Below the pieces are notes generated by a model, which worked only from the letters and a program-made list of their open reading frames with translations, was not told the origin of the DNA and made no database searches. Positions 62,566 through 64,000 of a stretch of 64,000 bases of DNA are shown here, piece by piece. The DNA comes from Podarcis cretensis. Lineage: Eukaryota. The position numbers and the translations under genes are program-made. Position 1 is the stretch's first letter, and the number at the start of each line of letters is the position of its first letter. The DNA lies in NCBI GenBank assembly GCA_951804945.1, contig OX638149.1, positions 101,060,001-101,124,000 on the forward strand, in the 5' to 3' direction.

Positions 62566-62879
62566 CGTAATGCCATGTTTCACCCCATTTGGAGAAATTT
62601 CCATGCCCCCAGTATCCAGAGAAGACAAAGGCTGAAATCCTAAAATGGGTGGGGGACTGAAGGTGGCTGGACTGCTTTATCCAAAGCTCTTATCAGGCTC
62701 TTAATGTTAGGATTGAATGTAAGGCTTCCACACTGTCACTAAAAGACAATCTGCTTGTTGTAGAATAACCAGCAGAGGCTCCCAGGAGGATCTCAAGATC
62801 AGCCTGATCTGTATCTGTGACTGCTAGGTTCCCTGTTCCAAAGTTGTTTGGGGCATTAAATGCCAGCCACAAAACATTG

Positions 62880-63450
62880 GGCTTGGCTCATAGGTAATAG
62901 GCCACAATGCTGAACTTTCAACACTGGTGTAAAATTGCATGTCCCACTAAGCATCCTAGCAGATGCATTTTGTAGTAACTGTAGTTTCCAAACTAGCCAC
63001 AAGGGTGGCACAAGTGCAGCCCCACATATAACATATTATAGTAGTCTAATAATAAGTGTAACAATGACTAGACCACCATGGCAAGGCCAACCCTGTCCAG
63101 GAATAGTCATAACCAGTGGTAGTGCTATTTTTCTAGAAAAAGGGGTGCCGGAACTCACCATGAATGCCTCCCTCATTCTCTTAACATGGCAATGGTGCCC
63201 ACTGAGTTCTGCTGAGTTTCAGCTGGAAAAAGCCATGGTAGTGATTGATCTAAGAGCATCCTTAAACCATCCAACTGCTCTTTCAGAGGGACTGCAAGAC
63301 CACCCAGCTCAGTTCTCAGACCTGCCATTATCAAAGTTGCTGTGTGTGCAGAATAAGGTCCAATTTGTGCAACAGAACTTAATGCCCTCTCTTCCCTGTC
63401 CCATGCCCACCTGCAGCCTCTAAATGTGCTCTGGAAGATTAGGTGAACCC
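62880..63450 (-). mobile_element. Decayed L2 fragment with an inserted hAT MITE (63121-63238)
   Basis: gcattttgtagtaactgtagtttccaaac...gcagccccacatataacatattatagtagtcta L2-like. The MITE is the reverse complement of the 12259-12394 family. Confidence 0.6.
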
Positions 63451-64000
63451 CCAGAACAGGTTTGAAGGGTGCAGGGGAGGAGAGGGTGGAAAACCTCATC
63501 TTGCAAATGGACTTCATCCCCCCCCCCACCACTTAGCACATTAAATTCAACCCATTGTTTTCTTTCCAAAAAGCCAGGGAGCTGCTGCAGAAGTTTGCAT
63601 TTGTTCATTACTAACTTCAAGAGACTAACCTCACAGATAAATAGCTGTGTTAAGAACAAGGGGTAAAATAGACAGAGGTTGGCAAACTGCAAGAATGAAT
63701 CAAACTTAAAATGAATCTGACTCATGTTATCATATCTTCTGTGAGATATAGGAAACAATCAACTCAAGGTCATGAAGTAAAATAATTGAGGCAGCAGGTT
63801 GCAGAGAGTGCAAAAAATCTTACAACAGAGCAGCAAATGGCACTATCTGAAGCCAAAGTGCATAGCATTAAAGGCTGGCCCCGTTATTTTGACTGAGGCA
63901 GAAAATCCCATGTGCACCGCTCTGTGTGAGTAAAAATACAACAAGAAATCAAATTACTAAGCATTTGCTACCCTTTCACAACACCCAAAATCAACTGCCT

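Noticed and set aside
1-64000. Most of the 60-170 aa ORFs in the six-frame track
   Set aside because: Low-complexity, antisense-to-repeat or random peptides, many with non-ATG starts and no recognisable domains.

Overview
This is vertebrate nuclear DNA from a squamate, most likely a lacertid lizard, judged from the Sauria/Squam1 SINEs, a Squam3 SINE, BovB and lizard-type CR1/L2 elements. The window is repeat-rich and appears intronic or intergenic. I could not recognise any host protein-coding gene. All long or recognisable ORFs belong to retroelements: two L1-clade ORF2 C-termini, CR1 reverse transcriptase, BovB and RTE. There are also many hAT-like, Tigger/pogo-like and Harbinger-like MITEs, microsatellites, short tandem duplications and a 138-N assembly gap. 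I do not see a demonstrable new biological system. The most notable signals are structural. (1) A BovB copy has acquired about 307 bp, including 80 bp of unique flank, from a second BovB locus 3.8 kb away, and a second templated insertion comes from the same donor neighbourhood. (2) An L1 inserted into a Tigger-like MITE so that a MITE-derived ATG opens a 329-aa chimeric ORF. (3) A snap-back hairpin sits at a CR1 5' truncation junction. (4) A palindromic AP-1/ARE-GC-CCAAT-GC-CCAAT-TATA-like cassette lies at 11.6 kb and an octamer/E-box/ETS/RUNX cluster at 41.05 kb, with several orphan exon-like segments on the + strand. Family names come from my recognition of the sequence, not from a database search.
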